Origin: Selaginella moellendorffii
Taxonomy: Eukaryota; Plantae; Lycopodiophyta
Direction of reading: 5' to 3'
Assembly: GCF_000143415.4 (NCBI RefSeq)
Contig: NW_003314391.1
Coordinates: 124,001 to 188,000 of the forward strand
DNA: 64,000 bases
Shown: positions 36,601-50,313 of the stretch, piece by piece
Layout of the letters: every line of letters starts with the position of its first letter
Position numbering within the stretch: position 1 is the stretch's first letter
Translations under genes and position numbers: made by a program
Notes under the pieces: model-generated
Seen by the model: the letters and a program-made list of their open reading frames with translations, nothing else
Databases searched by the model: none
What the model was told of the DNA's origin: nothing

Positions 36601-38338
36601 AGGGGGCGCGATGAAGAAGACTACAGACGGCAGATGGGCTCATTTGACGTGCGCGATGTGGATACCAGGTAAGAGAGCACTGTTCCGGCATTACAATCGT
36701 TTACAACTTCCAAAATGTCAGAAACATGCCTTGTGGATGTCAAGAAAATGGAACCAATTGATGGCGTTAGCTCTATCCACAAAGTAAGTTCAATTTGTAT
36801 ACTCAGCGTAGGTAATGATACCGTATGGTTTCAGGAAAGGTGGAAACTGACGTGCAGCGTTTGTCGAGTGTCTCACGGGGCATGCATTCAGGTAATTGCC
36901 TTCTCAGTTGTCGGCCTGTTGTTAAGTTTGACCAGATTGCAGTGTAGTCATCACCAGTGCATGACATCTTACCATCCTCTTTGTGCCAGAGCGGCTGGAT
37001 TTTCCATGGAGGTTTTGTTGGTCTGAATTGGCGTATATAATCTCTAACACATTTTTATCCTTTTCAGATTCAGGACGACGATGGAGACGGGCTTGAAAAA
37101 CCGCTGAAGTTGCTGTCTTTTTGCTCCAAACATAACAATCGCGCGTCCTCGCATGTTGATGTTCATCTTTCTAGTCAGGAAAGTGAGGTGGTAGAGAATT
37201 CCTCTGGATGTTCAAGATGCGGTACGTGCCTTTTTTTCTTTTCTTTGCTTGCAACTAGAAACTAATACTTTTTGCAGAACCATACAATCCCGTTTCACGG
37301 CGCAGGAGGCAAGAACCTGAAGGCAAAGCTCTGTCTACTTCAAAGCGATCATTTGTTGAGAAGACGCCTTATCTCGTCGCTAACTTCGAAAGGAAGGCAA
37401 AGCTCGTTAAAATTGGCAAGGCTTACAAATCGGTGTTTGGAACCGTTGGACAAGGATCCTTTTTGTCGGACAGAAGCACGGAAGAGCCGGTGCTTTCGAT
37501 GTCGGCGAGGCTGGAGAGTATGAGGTCTACAATGCACGATCGGCTAACTTTCGGTAAAGAATCACCTTGTCCACAGCAAATATTCGTATGTTTCCCTCCT
37601 TGTGATGCAGGAAAGTCAGGCATTCATGGCTGGGGTGTCTTTGCCAAGCAGATCCATAAAGCAGGCGATATGGTAATCACGATTCTTGTGCTTTTCTAGA
37701 GTTCAGTGAGTGCGCATTTCAACCAGATGGCCGAATATGCGGGAGAGATTGTGAGATCGAACATCGCAGACATCAGAGAACGACGTCATTACGATTCGCT
37801 AGTGGTGAGTCGTCATTTCGGCGTCGCTGTTTTTCCTTTTCTTTTTGCTCTTCTCGAGTCTCAAGTGGTGGACTTTCCAGGGCGCGGGAACATACATGTT
37901 TCGCATTGATGACGAGCGAGTGGTGGACGCAACGCATGTCGGCAGCATGGCGCACTTGATCAATCACTCGTGCGAAGTAAGGCCCGATTTTGTAATGCTT
38001 TCATCGCATCGTGACTGTTTGCTTTGTCGTCAGCCAAACTGCTACTCCCGAATCATCACGGTGGACGCAAAGGACTCGATCATCATTTTTGCGAAGCGCG
38101 ACATCCACCCATGGGAGGAGCTAACTTATGACTACAGGTTCTTTGATATTCATCCTCTTTGCAAATCTCTCAAAGTTTGGATTGGATTTCCTTTAGATTT
38201 GCTTCGAAAGGGGCGGAATTGGTGTGCAACTGTGGAGCTCTAAAGTGTAGAGGCAGTGTGAGACACAGCGACGACAGTAACAATGAGGGAAGAATCCTTG
38301 CTCTTCGCTCCTCGCTACGCAGCTGGACGCCACTATAA
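33665..38338 (+). CDS. ATX1/ATX2: Trithorax-like H3K4 methyltransferase ATX1/ATX2 (PWWP, FYRN/FYRC, PHD, ePHD, SET, post-SET)
   Basis: VWAKVKGWPMWPA (PWWP), LKILSLG...YIWPVGF (FYRN), LSGASMFGF (FYRC), [29 protein letters not shown] (ePHD), KSGIHGWG...AHLINHSCEPNC...EELTYDYRF (SET), CNCGALKCRG (post-SET). Confidence 0.95.
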
Positions 38339-38595
38339 AGCTACGTTTAAGAAGTATTACTGTTTAACCCTAATCATAAACCCTTTTTAAACCCTTTTTA
38401 ACCGCACAAGAATATTCTGATCAATGTGCGCGTACATTGTACAAGAAAATCGCGAGCTTAATTGAAAGACAATTGATCGTGGAGAGCTCCTCCAGGAGCT
38501 TCCATGGATTCCAGCCATGGACTACACCATATCTTTTGTTTTTCGAGTCTTTGTTTCCCACACTTGAGAGATACAGTGGGAGGTGTGATATGGTT

Positions 38596-40566
38596 TTACC
38601 AGCCTCCGTCTTTGCTGCCTTGCAGCACCTTGTGGAGCCTAAAAACTTCGCCCTGATCACCGTTGATGGCTCGCACCTCGCGCTGCGAGCACGTCAGTTG
38701 CCGCAACAGCTTCTCCAGCGTCGACTGTGGCGATGGACCCGACGAGTTTGGATTCATGGCTAGGATGACGGCGTTCACCGCGTCGGCCACTGCCTCTCTC
38801 TGCCGGACCTTGAGCAAGTAGCACACGGGCGACTCCGCCGGCTTTTCGTAGGCGAGCAAAGCCAAGCAATCCTGCATCGAGTGTTATGCGGCTCTATGTG
38901 CGTAAAACTGGAAATCAAACTTACCTGGAGCAGCGACTGGAACAAAAGATTCCCAAAGAAGTTTACGAGTTCTGCACGGGCATAAGTGACTGCTGCCTCC
39001 AAAGATCCAGCCTGCAAGTGATGGTCGTTAGCTCGAGAGAGACGATGACAGCACATCCAAAAGAGGAAGGACGAGTAACCTTTACGAGCTCAATGAACTT
39101 CTGGCAGTGCAAAAGGAATGAAATGGCTGAGCGCCCATCCTGCAAGAGCGGTGAACTGGATCAAAACACAGTGTAGAGACGTTAAAAGCTACACACCTCT
39201 AGTATCTCAGGATACCACTCCCGCAGTTTCGAGAAAACGCCGTCCACATCACCTTCCCTGGCGAGCTATGACAGATAGAGGAAGGTGTTCATTCCGAAAG
39301 CAAGAAATGACAGGAAAATTACCCGACGAAGGGCATTTCTCTCGTGGAGAGCGTAGTTCTCTTGAACAGGCTTTACACCGTTGTCCTTCAAGCCCACCAC
39401 GGATGGGAATGTCCCACCGCAAGCATCATCAAAGGCTTCCAAAGTTTCTTGGTATCCGTAATGTAGCAAGTATGCACGCACAATGCTGGAATGTTTACGA
39501 CAAAACAATCAGATCAAGAAATCAGAATTGTCGTCTTATCACACACCTGTGGCTCACACTTAAAGGCAGAGGAACGTTTTCCACTTCTGCCTGACGCTTC
39601 TCGCGTTCCTCTTGAATCAAAGCCTGGCGGAACCTTAAGAAGATTTAGACGTAGACAATACATGCCTCAACCCACCTCCACGTCGAAAACAAATGGATTT
39701 TGGCCGAAGTTTACAGACACCCTGCAAGGTCCAAATACATCTCAGAAAAGTAAATCGATAGTAAAGCTCCATACTTCTCGTTGGGACTATGAAGTCCAAT
39801 GGTAGGATAGAGTGGAACCTTCACATCCTTGGATTTTTTCCCTACTAGTTTGCTGTTCTTCCTGCAGCATGACAAGCATCGTGAAGGAGGGATTAGTAAA
39901 GCAAAACTTCCGAGGATTCAATAACTTACGTAAAGAAAAGCTCTTGAGCAAGGTAGTTTATACCGGCTCCAACAGTGTCATTCGTCGTGAAGGTCACGTT
40001 TAAGTTCTCGTTGCTCTTTGGGCCGTAGTAGAGCTTCCCATCATCTCCGTGGTAGCCATAGCTATTTGGCTCCCATCTGGAAAAGTATAATCGAAAAGAG
40101 AAAGATGAGAGAAGGCTTCTTTCTTTCTCTGTGAACTCACCCGGGCTGACGGCTCGTCTTGAAGTTTTGATCGCTGAATCCGATCGAGATCACTCCTTTT
40201 TGTCCTCGATCACACACGGTCATCTCGAAGTAGTAGCAAAGCCTTCTGGATGGCGCCGGCCTGTTTCCCTGGACAGCCCCCACATCGTTGCCATGCTTGC
40301 CTTCTCCATTGTACTTCGCCGTGAGCTTGTCCATGGAAATCCCAAGAAAATGGCCGCAATTGTTGGTGTTGAGAAAGCTGGGAGCCTCTTCTTCTTCGTC
40401 GCCATCGTCATCCTCCGGCTTTCTCATCCCCAGCGCCAGCAACGTCGGCTCCAAATCCGGCGGACTGGTAGAAACCATGGGCATGGCGCTCCAATCGATC
40501 GTTTCTGGATCGATCGAGATCCAGGAGAACACTCCTACTCTACAGACCTGCCGCGATCACGATCAT
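38596..40566 (-). CDS. RanBPM: RanBPM/RanBP10 (SPRY-LisH-CTLH-CRA) CTLH-complex subunit; start approximate
   Basis: HGNDVGAVQGNRPAP..CYYFEM...IGFS (SPRY), SIVRAYLLHYGYQETL (LisH), FLLHCQKFIELV (CTLH), LALLAYEKPAESPV..QREAVADAVNAVIL (CRA). Confidence 0.92.
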
Positions 40567-40738
40567 GCCCTGGGAGCTCAGTCGCCATTGCCCTAGCCCT
40601 AGAAATATGCTGACGTCATCATGCCTTGTTTTGTTTTGGCGGCAATTATACTCTAACAACAAAGAACCGATGACGTGGCAGGTTTAAAAGTCTTTTTGGC
40701 GGGAAAGCGAGATGATTGTCATTTAGGTCAGGGAATCG

Positions 40739-42614
40739 ATGCGTAGGGCTGTAGAGATCGCGCGTGGCGCTGCTGCTGGCCGTGTCACGGCGACGCTCTC
40801 TGGCGCTGGCGCTGGCGCTGGTCGTGGCGCAGCGAGGAATCAGTGGAGGTCGCTGTTCATCGTGCTTAATCTTCGCCAACGAGTGTCTCGAGGGTTCGTG
40901 ATGTGGAGGAATGATGCCGCGGGTCCTCCTCCCCCTCGTGTGCTGCCGCTGTCAAGGGATTCTTTCCGGGCTTCCATTTGTAGGTTCCTGTACTGGAAAG
41001 GCTTTCGCACTAGCTGTGAGGCGCCAATGGGGACGAGCGATTGGGGCAACTTGTCAGGAAAGCTGAGGTGTTGCTTTGTGGCCAGTGGCGATCCCAGTGA
41101 TCTCCACAGACAATCACGAACAATGGCGGTCTCTTCGTCCTGGAACCAGAAAAAGCGAGCTTCTTTAAAGCTCGATTGTCAATGCGCTCCATCCAGAGCG
41201 CGCGAGATTGGTAAACGCTTTTCTTAGTTGACAAAGCACTCGACTTGGATTCCATGCAGGACGCACGCAGTGGAGACGGATTGAGACCGATGCTCGACAG
41301 CGTGGGTCTTCTCTCCAGACTGAAGAGACGGATATGTATATTCCCGTCAAGGCTTTCTTCGTATCTCGGAGGTAAAAGGAAAAGCTTAGCGATTGTGAGT
41401 GCTAACTACATCTGCTGGGTTATAGAATGCAGTGTGGACTTGAAGGGCCTGGCATGCGAGCATTTTGACGACGTGATTTCCACTCGTAAAGAGCTCGTGC
41501 TAAGGTGCAGGGATCGACCAGTAGACTCGCCCGCGCATACGAAGAAGCCTGTACATAGTACTAAATGTTTGCGTTTGCTTTGTCTTTCATTCTATTGCTG
41601 CTGCTTATGCTCGTGTGTTTTTCTTGTTGTTTTCAGGCTATTCCACAGCTGAAGTGTTGGACATGCGAACGTTATATGGTTGTGTATCAGTATGGCTCTG
41701 TAGTGCTTTTCAACTTTGGGGATGAGGAGGAGACTGAGTTCTTAAACGTCGTCCGCAAGTACTGCAAGGAGGAGTTTGGCAAGCCGAAGAAGGAGGGTAC
41801 ATTCCGAATCAGTTCATGCTAAGATGATACTAAGGTAATGAAATCTAGTTGTGTTACAAACTGAAATTCTTCTCCTGCAGATTACGGCGTGCTGATCAGG
41901 CCAACACTGTCGGAGTGGAGTCACGGATCACACGACATAATTATGCTGAGGAAGTTTGACATCGATAACATTCGCATCATTGCCAGTGTCTTGGCACAGA
42001 GTATTGCCTTGGACTACTTTGCAAAGCTGGTCAGTACAATTTTTTTGCATCTTTTTTTTTCCACCTCTGACACTGCTGGGCCTTTGTGCAGGTTGATGAG
42101 ATGATAAATGTCTTTAGTGAGCTCAACCGAGGTATGGAGCGCACCGGTACTTTTACGATGACCCGCAAAAAGCTATTCCAGCTCGTTGCTTCAGCGAACT
42201 TCACACTTGCCGACGTCATTGTCCGTATGGGACTTTTAGAAAGGTAACTCGCAGCTCATTTACTAGTACGATGGCCAGACTCCTGTGTCGGTGATGCTCT
42301 GTAACAGGTCGGACGCGGCGTGGAAGAACATAAACTACGCTCGGGTTTTTGAGTTTATGAGGGAGGAGTTTGAGCTCAACGAGCGTTTCAAGAGCTTACA
42401 TTTCAAGCTCAATATTATCCAGGTAGAACGAGAGCTTTGTTCTTAAACCTTCTACTCACTCTTTCTCTCCCTTTGGCAGCACAACGTTCGGCTGTTTCTA
42501 GAGGTTCTCCAGAATCGTAAATCTGACATCTTAGAATGGATAATCATTCTGCTGCTTGCTGGAGAAATCGGTGTCGGCGTGTATGACATATTGCACGAGG
42601 CAGGCGTCATATGA
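40739..42614 (+). CDS. DUF155 / RMD1-RMND1 family protein (RETARDED ROOT GROWTH-like), probable organellar transit peptide
   Basis: YMVVYQYGSVVLFNF, VLAQSIALDYF, RKKLFQLV, LLERSDAAW, FELNERF, KSDILEWIIILLLAGEI. Confidence 0.9.
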
Positions 42615-43210
42615 GAGTAAGTTAAAAAAAAGAAAAAAAACAGACTCTCTCTCTTCTTGCCATCCTCTTTATCGTTTCTAGCTAAGCAAATCTCCTTGCT
42701 GGCGCCGGCTGCGATTGCTGTTTTGGCCGCACTAACTTAGCAATCGATTATCTTTCTCTTGGGCGCAGAGACAGCAGGAGCAACTCCATCCAGCACAGAG
42801 ATCTCTCGAGCTTAATCTAAATCAAGCCAGGACAGCAAACAATCGAGCGCGCTCTGAGGACAAGATCTCTGCTGGACAAGCTTGCGTACGCCAATTTTCG
42901 CCACTCGAGAGAGCTCGCGCTAAAGTACAAGACAAAAGATTTCCTCCTCCTTTGCACACATTACAAAACATCACATCATCCATCGCCCCTGGCTTTCCAT
43001 ACTTTCTAAATAACTGAACTCTATCAATCTTATAAATTCGTGTGATATACACATACAAAACATACCATATGAATATAATATATATTATATATATAAAAAT
43101 ATCAATCCACCTTTGATGATGTATACTATATTCACAAAAAACAGTGACTTTGTGTCCTCCTCTGCTCGATGATCTTTGGCAAATTTACATTCGTTCTTCC
43201 CTGTCCGTCC

Positions 43211-44515
43211 TCACGCTGCTTGGCTCGTTTTCCTCAAGTAGCTCTCAAACGCGTCCAGCGTGTGGACATCGGTTCTATAGTGCTTCTGGGTGAATTCTAG
43301 CAGCTGCCCCCAATTAAACTCCACGCACGGCCTCTCGCGATCTTGCTCTTCGTCTTCTTTGCTCTTGACCACCAGCTCCGGAATCGGCCGGATCACCGTG
43401 TCCAGCCCCGGGTTGATGAAGAAAACCAGCGAGTGCCTGGCTCGGGTGGCATGGATCACTGCGCGGTGCTTGGCACTCTTGTAGCGATGGTTGCACAGTG
43501 CCTGTGACGAAGAGAAAGCTGCGTGAGAGATGTTTTATAAAAAGAAAAAGGAAAAAAGAAGAGCACCACCATCTACAACCAGCTATAGCGCTGCGAGGAG
43601 GGAGAGGAGAGGGAAGAGCAGAAACAAAAGAATTCTCGCTCTGTTTACCTGGAATGTGTCACCGATGCTGATGACAAACGCATCGGCACGGGGCTCGACT
43701 GTGACCCAAGTCTCGTCTCTGTTGTACACTTGCAGTCCTCCAACTTCATCCTGGTGGAGAATTGTTAATGCGCACGGGTCGGTGTGAGGCCCCGTCCCCA
43801 GCAGCCGGGAGAAGTGCTCCGACGGCGGGTACATGTTCATCCGGAAGATGGAGAAGCCATCGTCGAAGTAGCTGTGCAAAGCATCGGGAGCCAGCTCCAA
43901 GCTCTGCGCAATCAGCTCAATCAGCTCTCGTCCCAGCTTCTCCATTGCCTTGCAGTAAGTCTCGTAGAGAGCACTGGAAAAAACATAAAAAAGATCGTTT
44001 TTCTGTTATAGTTGTTAAGAAGAAGCGCAAGAGCTCGGGGAAGAAACGGAAGGAAAATGGAGGCGGGGAGCTGCTGCTTACCAATGCTGCTCATGCTGTT
44101 CCGCGGTGTAAACTTTGATCATGTAGTCCTTGATGTTTGAGTTCGGCGTGTACTGAAGCGAGAATGTTTCCTTCCAGGGGCATTTGGATTTGAACCTCCC
44201 AGCAAACTTGCCGGCGAATCCAAAGCTGTTCCCGGCGGAGCGAGCCGCTCGTAACTTGGTGTCGCTGGGGAATTCGAAGAACTGGCGAGCACTCGCATGC
44301 ACCTGGTTTACAAGCTCGTGATCCACACCGTGATTGACGACCTGGAAGAATCCACTCTGCCTGCACGCTCTGCCAATCTCATCAACCTTGGCTTTGGATC
44401 CACCAGCCAGATCAATGGTCGGGACATCCTGCTGGCTCGCAAACTTGCCATGCTCCGGGAGCGAGCAGTCGCCACGAGGCCACACATAGGACTCGAGTTC
44501 GCAACTAGTATTCAT
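43211..44515 (-). CDS. GA20ox: Gibberellin 20-oxidase-like 2OG-Fe(II) dioxygenase, 3 coding exons; true start may lie upstream
   Basis: GFFQVVNHGV, FAGKFAGRFKSKCPWKETFS (cf. GA20ox LPWKET), RMNMYPP, GTGPHTDP..LTILHQD.VGGLQV, YKSAKHRAV...RHSLVFF. Confidence 0.82.
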
Positions 44516-45829
44516 CGGCGGCGTCGCGCGGCAAAAGTTCTTCTTGACGATGGTGGTGATGTCTGATGACGGTACTGCTTCTCGGGCGGGTTTCAAAGCA
44601 GGAGCTGCATGAAGAACTGGATTACCGGACTGGAAACGGAAAAGAAAAAGAGCAGCAGCAGCATTACTTGACACCCAGGAGCAGCATCTCGAAGAAGCGT
44701 GTCTTGTTCCCACCTTCTTCCCCCTCCCTTGTCTCTGCCGACAATAGAGACAAAGAGCTCAGCAGAGATAGAGACAAGCTGGAGCAGAGAGGCGAGTGGT
44801 ACCGTCTTTTATCGCAGTCTCGAGTGAGGAACAGACATCAGGTGGGACGCGAGTAGAATCGTAGCCAATCTACGTCTGTGCCTTTTCTTCTCTCCTCCCT
44901 CTTCTTCCCGGTGACAAACTAGTTCCTCGCGCTGCTTTCTTCCCCTGCCCCTGTGTGTTCTAGTCTAGTCCCCGTTGCAACCAAATCTCCCCTTCTAGGG
45001 AAAAAGTTGACGCTTTTTCCTGGGAACAGTGGTCGCCGTAGTCTCTGTTACGTGACTGAAGTGAGCCAACAGTGATGGCGGCACTGCCTGATCACAAAAA
45101 GCTCCACACCTGATTGATGACATACGGTCGAGAGCAGAAAATCCCACGAGCATCTTGCGATGAACGCTGGCACGAAAAGTTGTGGCACAATCATCCACTG
45201 TTTCGCTGAGGATGACAGGGGAATCAGCACTCTCATCACTCGCCACCACTTTGACGAAAGCAGTTTGTGCTGTGCGTGTGCCACAGTCGTTTTCTTTTTT
45301 CCTCTTCTCCTCTTTCTCCTCCTCCTCCTCCTCCTCCCATCCCTTCTCATCTTTAGCGCAGCCAACCACATTCTCCGATAATTCTTTCTTCCTCTGTGTA
45401 AAATCTTTCCTTTGCTTTCACCTTGCAAGAGGACATAATCTTGTCAGCGCTTAGAGGCCAGAAGAAAGACAATAGAAGACAAACAGTCCACGGGCACGTA
45501 CCGATTATCACGTGAAGAGATTCAGATACATTTTCCGCATCTTTTGGCCTTGGCTCTTCCTCCAAACGGTATTGCAAATCATTGCTCGCCAAGCCACAGA
45601 AATTCCCCCTTCCCTCGCATCCCACAAAGTCGCGACGCATCCATCGATCCTGCCTGCATTGTCTCGTCACTGCGCCACTGCCCCATCCATGATCGGTCGG
45701 TCTAAGGAGAAACATTCCCTACCTCCATCGAGCGCCTTCTCCACTCGCCGCGCTAAAACCCTAAAATGATTTTTTAAACTACACCTAGCCACCAGGATTC
45801 GAACTTTCGACCGCTGCCAGCTTTGCCGA

Positions 45830-47100
45830 GATTCGAACCCCAGACGTCATTTTAAGAAATGACGCATATTTGCATTTAAGAAACATTTTCTAAAGCAAGA
45901 AAGAACTTCAGCAGTGAGCATGCCAATGTATGAAACTGCCCTTTCTGCGTCAACAATTGCCTCAAGTGCCTCTTCTCTTCGAGCCTGTTCCTTGGCTGCC
46001 TTCTCGGCTTTCACTGCCTCCTTGTGAGCAACTTCCAAGCAACCATGGCAATGGTCTTTCGAATCCTCGCAAGCCTGATGATACCAGCATTCACAGAATT
46101 CACACTGCACCCACAGCGTGTCCTCGAGAGTATTACAAACACAACATCTAGGATTTGCCTGCATCAAAAAATAAATTAAAAAAACATGAGAATATATGCT
46201 TGCTTTTCTGATTTTAGTTCATCAATGTCAATCGTTCTTCTTGTTGAAATGCTTTTCCATAGTCATCTGTGCTGGAAGTCATGCGTGCTTTCTTTTCTCG
46301 CAAAGCGAAAGCTGATTATCTCTCCACGATACCGACCATCCCTCAGCCTCCCCAGCTTCTCGTCGATACAGGCTAAGATCTTGTCAAAGCACCGGAAATT
46401 AAGATAGGCCTCATGCTAGATTAGTTCACCACCTCCGCCACATCAAACTTCCTTGTTTCAAACCAAGGACTCATGGAGTATACCGCCCACGCAAGGACGT
46501 GAGGCCTCCACTTGTCATCTGACGGGAACAATTCCCATGCTCTCGACCTGGCATGCTCGTGATCCTCAATCGCCCGAGCCCCTGTTGCAAACTGGATGAC
46601 TACGAAGTGCGAATCTGCAACATAGTAACAACCGAGTCCTTTCTCAGTTCCATGAATAGGAATGAAAGGCGTCGGAACGGAGATCTCTTTGGTCATCGCC
46701 ATTGTAAAGCTCCCACGAAATTTGCAGACTGCTGTCGGAGTTATAGTCACAGAGTCTTCTTGGTCATACTTTATGACGGGTTGCTTGTACCGGGCCACGA
46801 GATTGCATGCCTGCTGTGTGTTCAGACCAATTCGTGAGAAAATACCGCGATGATCGCTTTGGATAACTGATGTCCATAGCCGAATCTGCTCATCGATCTG
46901 GTCCAAGTTATCCACTGGACTTGCCACGAGCATGAACTAGGCCAATCAGATTCTGGATGTACTCTTTAAGAGCCTTACGGTACTTTCGATCGCTCCTGGT
47001 GGCAACCAACCCCGGAACCCAGCCAGTCTTCCACCAAATACAGTGCCTTCACGAACGCCAAGTAGTTCGTTATCTTCCTCGACAAAAACTGTTTAGAAAA
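45830..47100 (-). pseudogene. Degenerate repeat-associated gene ending in a PHD-like finger
   Basis: CCVCNTLEDTLWVQCEFCECWYHQACED...CHGC is nearly identical to 61750-61880. Upstream ORF 46421-46933 is flanked by in-frame stops. Confidence 0.5.
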
Positions 47101-48149
47101 AACAGAAAAGAGAAGAAATACCATCTATATTAATCAGCAAAAAGCAGGGAGATAGAAATGGATTTGCTCGCGCCGGCTACGGGCCACGAGCGTTCGGCGT
47201 GTGGTTGTGCATCCTGCGAGGACACCGGTGGTTCCAGAGGGCGTGCCTATCTGCGACACTGTGTGCGAGGTACCAGCTCATATCACAAATCAGAGCTCTT
47301 TATGGGTTTGGCTCAAGAATCTCCTTCCCGATGTGGATTTGATCGACGGAGCAGCATCGGTCACGTGGGTTGAAGTTAACAAAGTTCCTTTGCTGCCCTC
47401 ATTCACATTATATGTCCGCAGAGCACCGCCAGATACGTGGTGGTAGAGTTTGATAGTATCTTGATGCTAACTCTGCTTGTCACTCAGCTCCATCATCAAG
47501 TCCATTGAGCTCAACTCTTGCCACTATTCGGTAGCGATGGCTGCTGACTCTTGTGGTATTCATGGAAAACATAAGGTTTTTACACCGGAGGTGCTCTCCG
47601 ACCCTAGTAAAGAAAGAATCATCACGTTCATGGAGAGCGCAGACACAGTTCAGTGATGGGCCGGCTCACTTATCACTTTTATCCGGGACTCGACCGTCAG
47701 GCGCTCTAAGTTTAACTTCGTGCTCAGATCAGCATCGTCTGGAAAGACTTAAAGCGTCCGTGCTGCGTCTCTGTTCCTCTTTCTGAAGTTTTTTTCCTCA
47801 GCACACAGAAGGCTGATGCACGTCAACGGGGAAGAGTTTTCGAAGTATCCAGTGACACTCATCCACTCGCTTGCCTTGGGTTATCACGACAGCAGTGCCA
47901 CTCAATACTACATTCAGAACCTCAGGGATGACAAAGATGTCCATCAGGTGACCAAGATCATGCAGAAGATAGTTCAGGGTGATAACAATAGAAGGCTTCA
48001 TCTGGTGCTGGATGATGGTCTTGAGATCTCTGCTGAGCATGCAGTTTTATTTTGGAGTATTGCTAGTTTTGGTGCTGTAGTCTTGTGTGGGAAGTGGCAA
48101 GAGTTTTTGAAAGATCTTCTTGAGGAAAAATTATATACACAATGAAGTA

Positions 48150-50130
48150 ATTTGATGTATTGTGATAATAAAAAAAGAAAAATCAACAATTTTTTTTTTT
48201 TTGTTTTCCTTAATAATTTTTCTCCGGGATTTTTTTTAAAAGGTGATCATAACTAAAAGAAACACACAAATGTGATTGAGTCATCAAATTGACAAAAGTA
48301 AAACAAAATGACATAGGCAAATGTTGTAAAACCTCAATTAAATAACAATAATAAAATTTTTGTTATTCAATTAAGTGTTTTCAAGTATTTACTTATACTA
48401 TCCTTCATCAATTTAATAAATCATTTCATCTAGGTGTTTCTTTGAGTTCTAATCACTTTTCAAAAAACAAAACCATGAGAAAAACTACTAAATAAATAAA
48501 TAAATATATATATTATTTAGTTATTAACTCTACCAAAAAGTACTCCATTGTTGTAGCACATTAAGTTACTTTATCATGTGTATAATCTTTCCTCAAGATC
48601 TCCTTGAACATAAATTAAAGTTTTTTTATAACAATAAAAAATATTTATTTTTCCTCTTTCAACCATGATAGTAAGCTTTGATTGCCATTACCATTTATAA
48701 ACTCTAAATACACCCGAATTATACGTTTACCGAAACATAAGTTCATTATAAAATTTACAAAAAATATGTCATCTGCATAAAAAAAAAACTAAAAAAATAG
48801 CAAACAAGAAAAAGTAAACTAACTAAATGCAGCTTATGGAGACTTGTTAGAATCTCTTTCTGCACAGCTCCCATGCAGGAGAGGTCCTTTTCTAACTCAA
48901 CCACTTGTTTTTCATTTTTTGTTTCAAAGAAATTATTTTTTTCATGAAAATCCACATTTTTTGTTTCAAGTAGGTTGACTTTTCCTTGAAGATTCACATT
49001 TTTTGCTTCAAGGAGGTTGACTTTTCCCTGAAGATTCACATTTTTTGCTTCAAGGAGGTTAATTTGTTATTGTATCCTCTTATTGTTAACATTCAATTGG
49101 ATATCTTCTAGCATTTGTTTTTGCCATTTTATTCTCCCCTCGTCAATTTGACTAGCTCTGTCCCATTTATGTGCCTTTTAAAGTTGCAATCACCCTTTCA
49201 AATAAAAACTACTTATCTTTGAAAAAATTAAGAATTTTTTTGTTAATTTAACTAAAAACTTGCAATAATTATAACATTCCAATTAACTTTTTCTCATATT
49301 CTTTTTGTCTTTAAATCTATTTCTCATATCCTTCTTGTCTTCAATTCATTTCAATGAATTTGTTAGAATTTATGACTTAGTTTAGTTGAGAGTTAATTAA
49401 AAAAGAATGACTATAATTTAAGATTCTTTTTTTTGTTTGTTAACTCTATTATAAAATACTCCATCTCCATAGCATACTAATCTACTTCATTGTGTAAACA
49501 ATCATTCCTTAAGAAGATTTCTATGAAAATAACAAAGATTAAAAAAGTTTCTGCAACAATAAAAAAATTTTACTTTCTTTTTGTATCTTTAGGAGGATGT
49601 AAATATATTTTTCCACACAATAAACATTGAAAGCCTTGCTTTCGACAAGTTTAATGTTTTGTCTGCTTTATATCATCTCATCGCACCTTATAAACCTTAA
49701 ACACACTAACTTAAAAACCCTAAAAATATTGAATATCAAAAAGGAAAATATTTATTAAGCATAATATAAACTAAAAAACTTACTATAACATTAAAATGTT
49801 ATTATAACCTTTGTCATATAATAAAGTAATTGAAGGAGATAATGTATAGTGATGAAAAATTAAATTTATGAAAAGAAGAATATTTAATATTGTTTAATTT
49901 TATTCAACTTACTCACAGACTTTGAAATGTATATATTTTACACCTCAAAGATGTAAATTTATTGATAAAGCATTTTATTGTTAGCATTTAAATATTTACT
50001 ATTGTGAATGAATTTCTTTTTAATTGCAATTACCCTTTAAAAACAAACTAAGAAAAAATACATTTTTAGACTCTTTTTATTGCTTTTTAACTTAGCCATA
50101 AACTATTTTATCACCATAGCATACCATAAT
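48150..50130. repeat. Very AT-rich repeat region (continues 58270-58900 after the nested insertions); contains a 42-bp tandem repeat at ~48945-49062
   Basis: Extreme AT content. Repeated ATACTCCAT and AATTTATGAAAAGAA motifs on both sides of the insertion. Unit TTTTCC(T/C)TGAAGATTCACATTTTTTGCTTCAAGGAGGTT repeated. Confidence 0.6.
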
Positions 50131-50258
50131 ATTTCTGTAAGCAACCAAAGGGAATGATTCGATAAATGATCCATAAGGGTTCAAATATAGAAGGAAAGGG
50201 CCCATGAACAAGAGTGCACCCCCTTTTCCAATCGGTTAAGGGTCTTGGGATATTTGAG

Positions 50259-50313
50259 GTTAAGCGTCCTTGGATTTGAATAGTACTAGGCTGGGTGACC
50301 TTCTAGGAAGTCC
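50259..50313 (+). promoter_or_regulatory. 5S rRNA-derived Pol III internal promoter (A box-IE-C box) in Cassandra LTR
   Basis: GTTAAGCGTCCTTGGATTTGAATAGTACTAGGCTGGGTGACCTTCTAGGAAGTCC versus plant 5S GTTAAGCGTGCTTGGGCGAGAGTAGTACTAGGATGGGTGACCTCCTGGGAAGTCC. Confidence 0.85.

Noticed and set aside
42880-42990. PHD-like fragment CNVCKGGGNLLSC
   Set aside because: Only half a finger, with no supporting gene structure.
45785-45845. Two GTTCGAATC B-box-like motifs (minus strand), possible tRNA or SINE
   Set aside because: No cloverleaf, anticodon arm or A box could be built. One motif recurs in the repeat at ~60440.
48755-49062. Coiled-coil ORF from the 42-bp repeat
   Set aside because: Short, stop-flanked frame within AT-rich repeat DNA; no evidence of a gene.
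50259-50313. Functional 5S rRNA gene
   Set aside because: Only the ~55-nt internal promoter portion is present, and it is embedded in LTRs.
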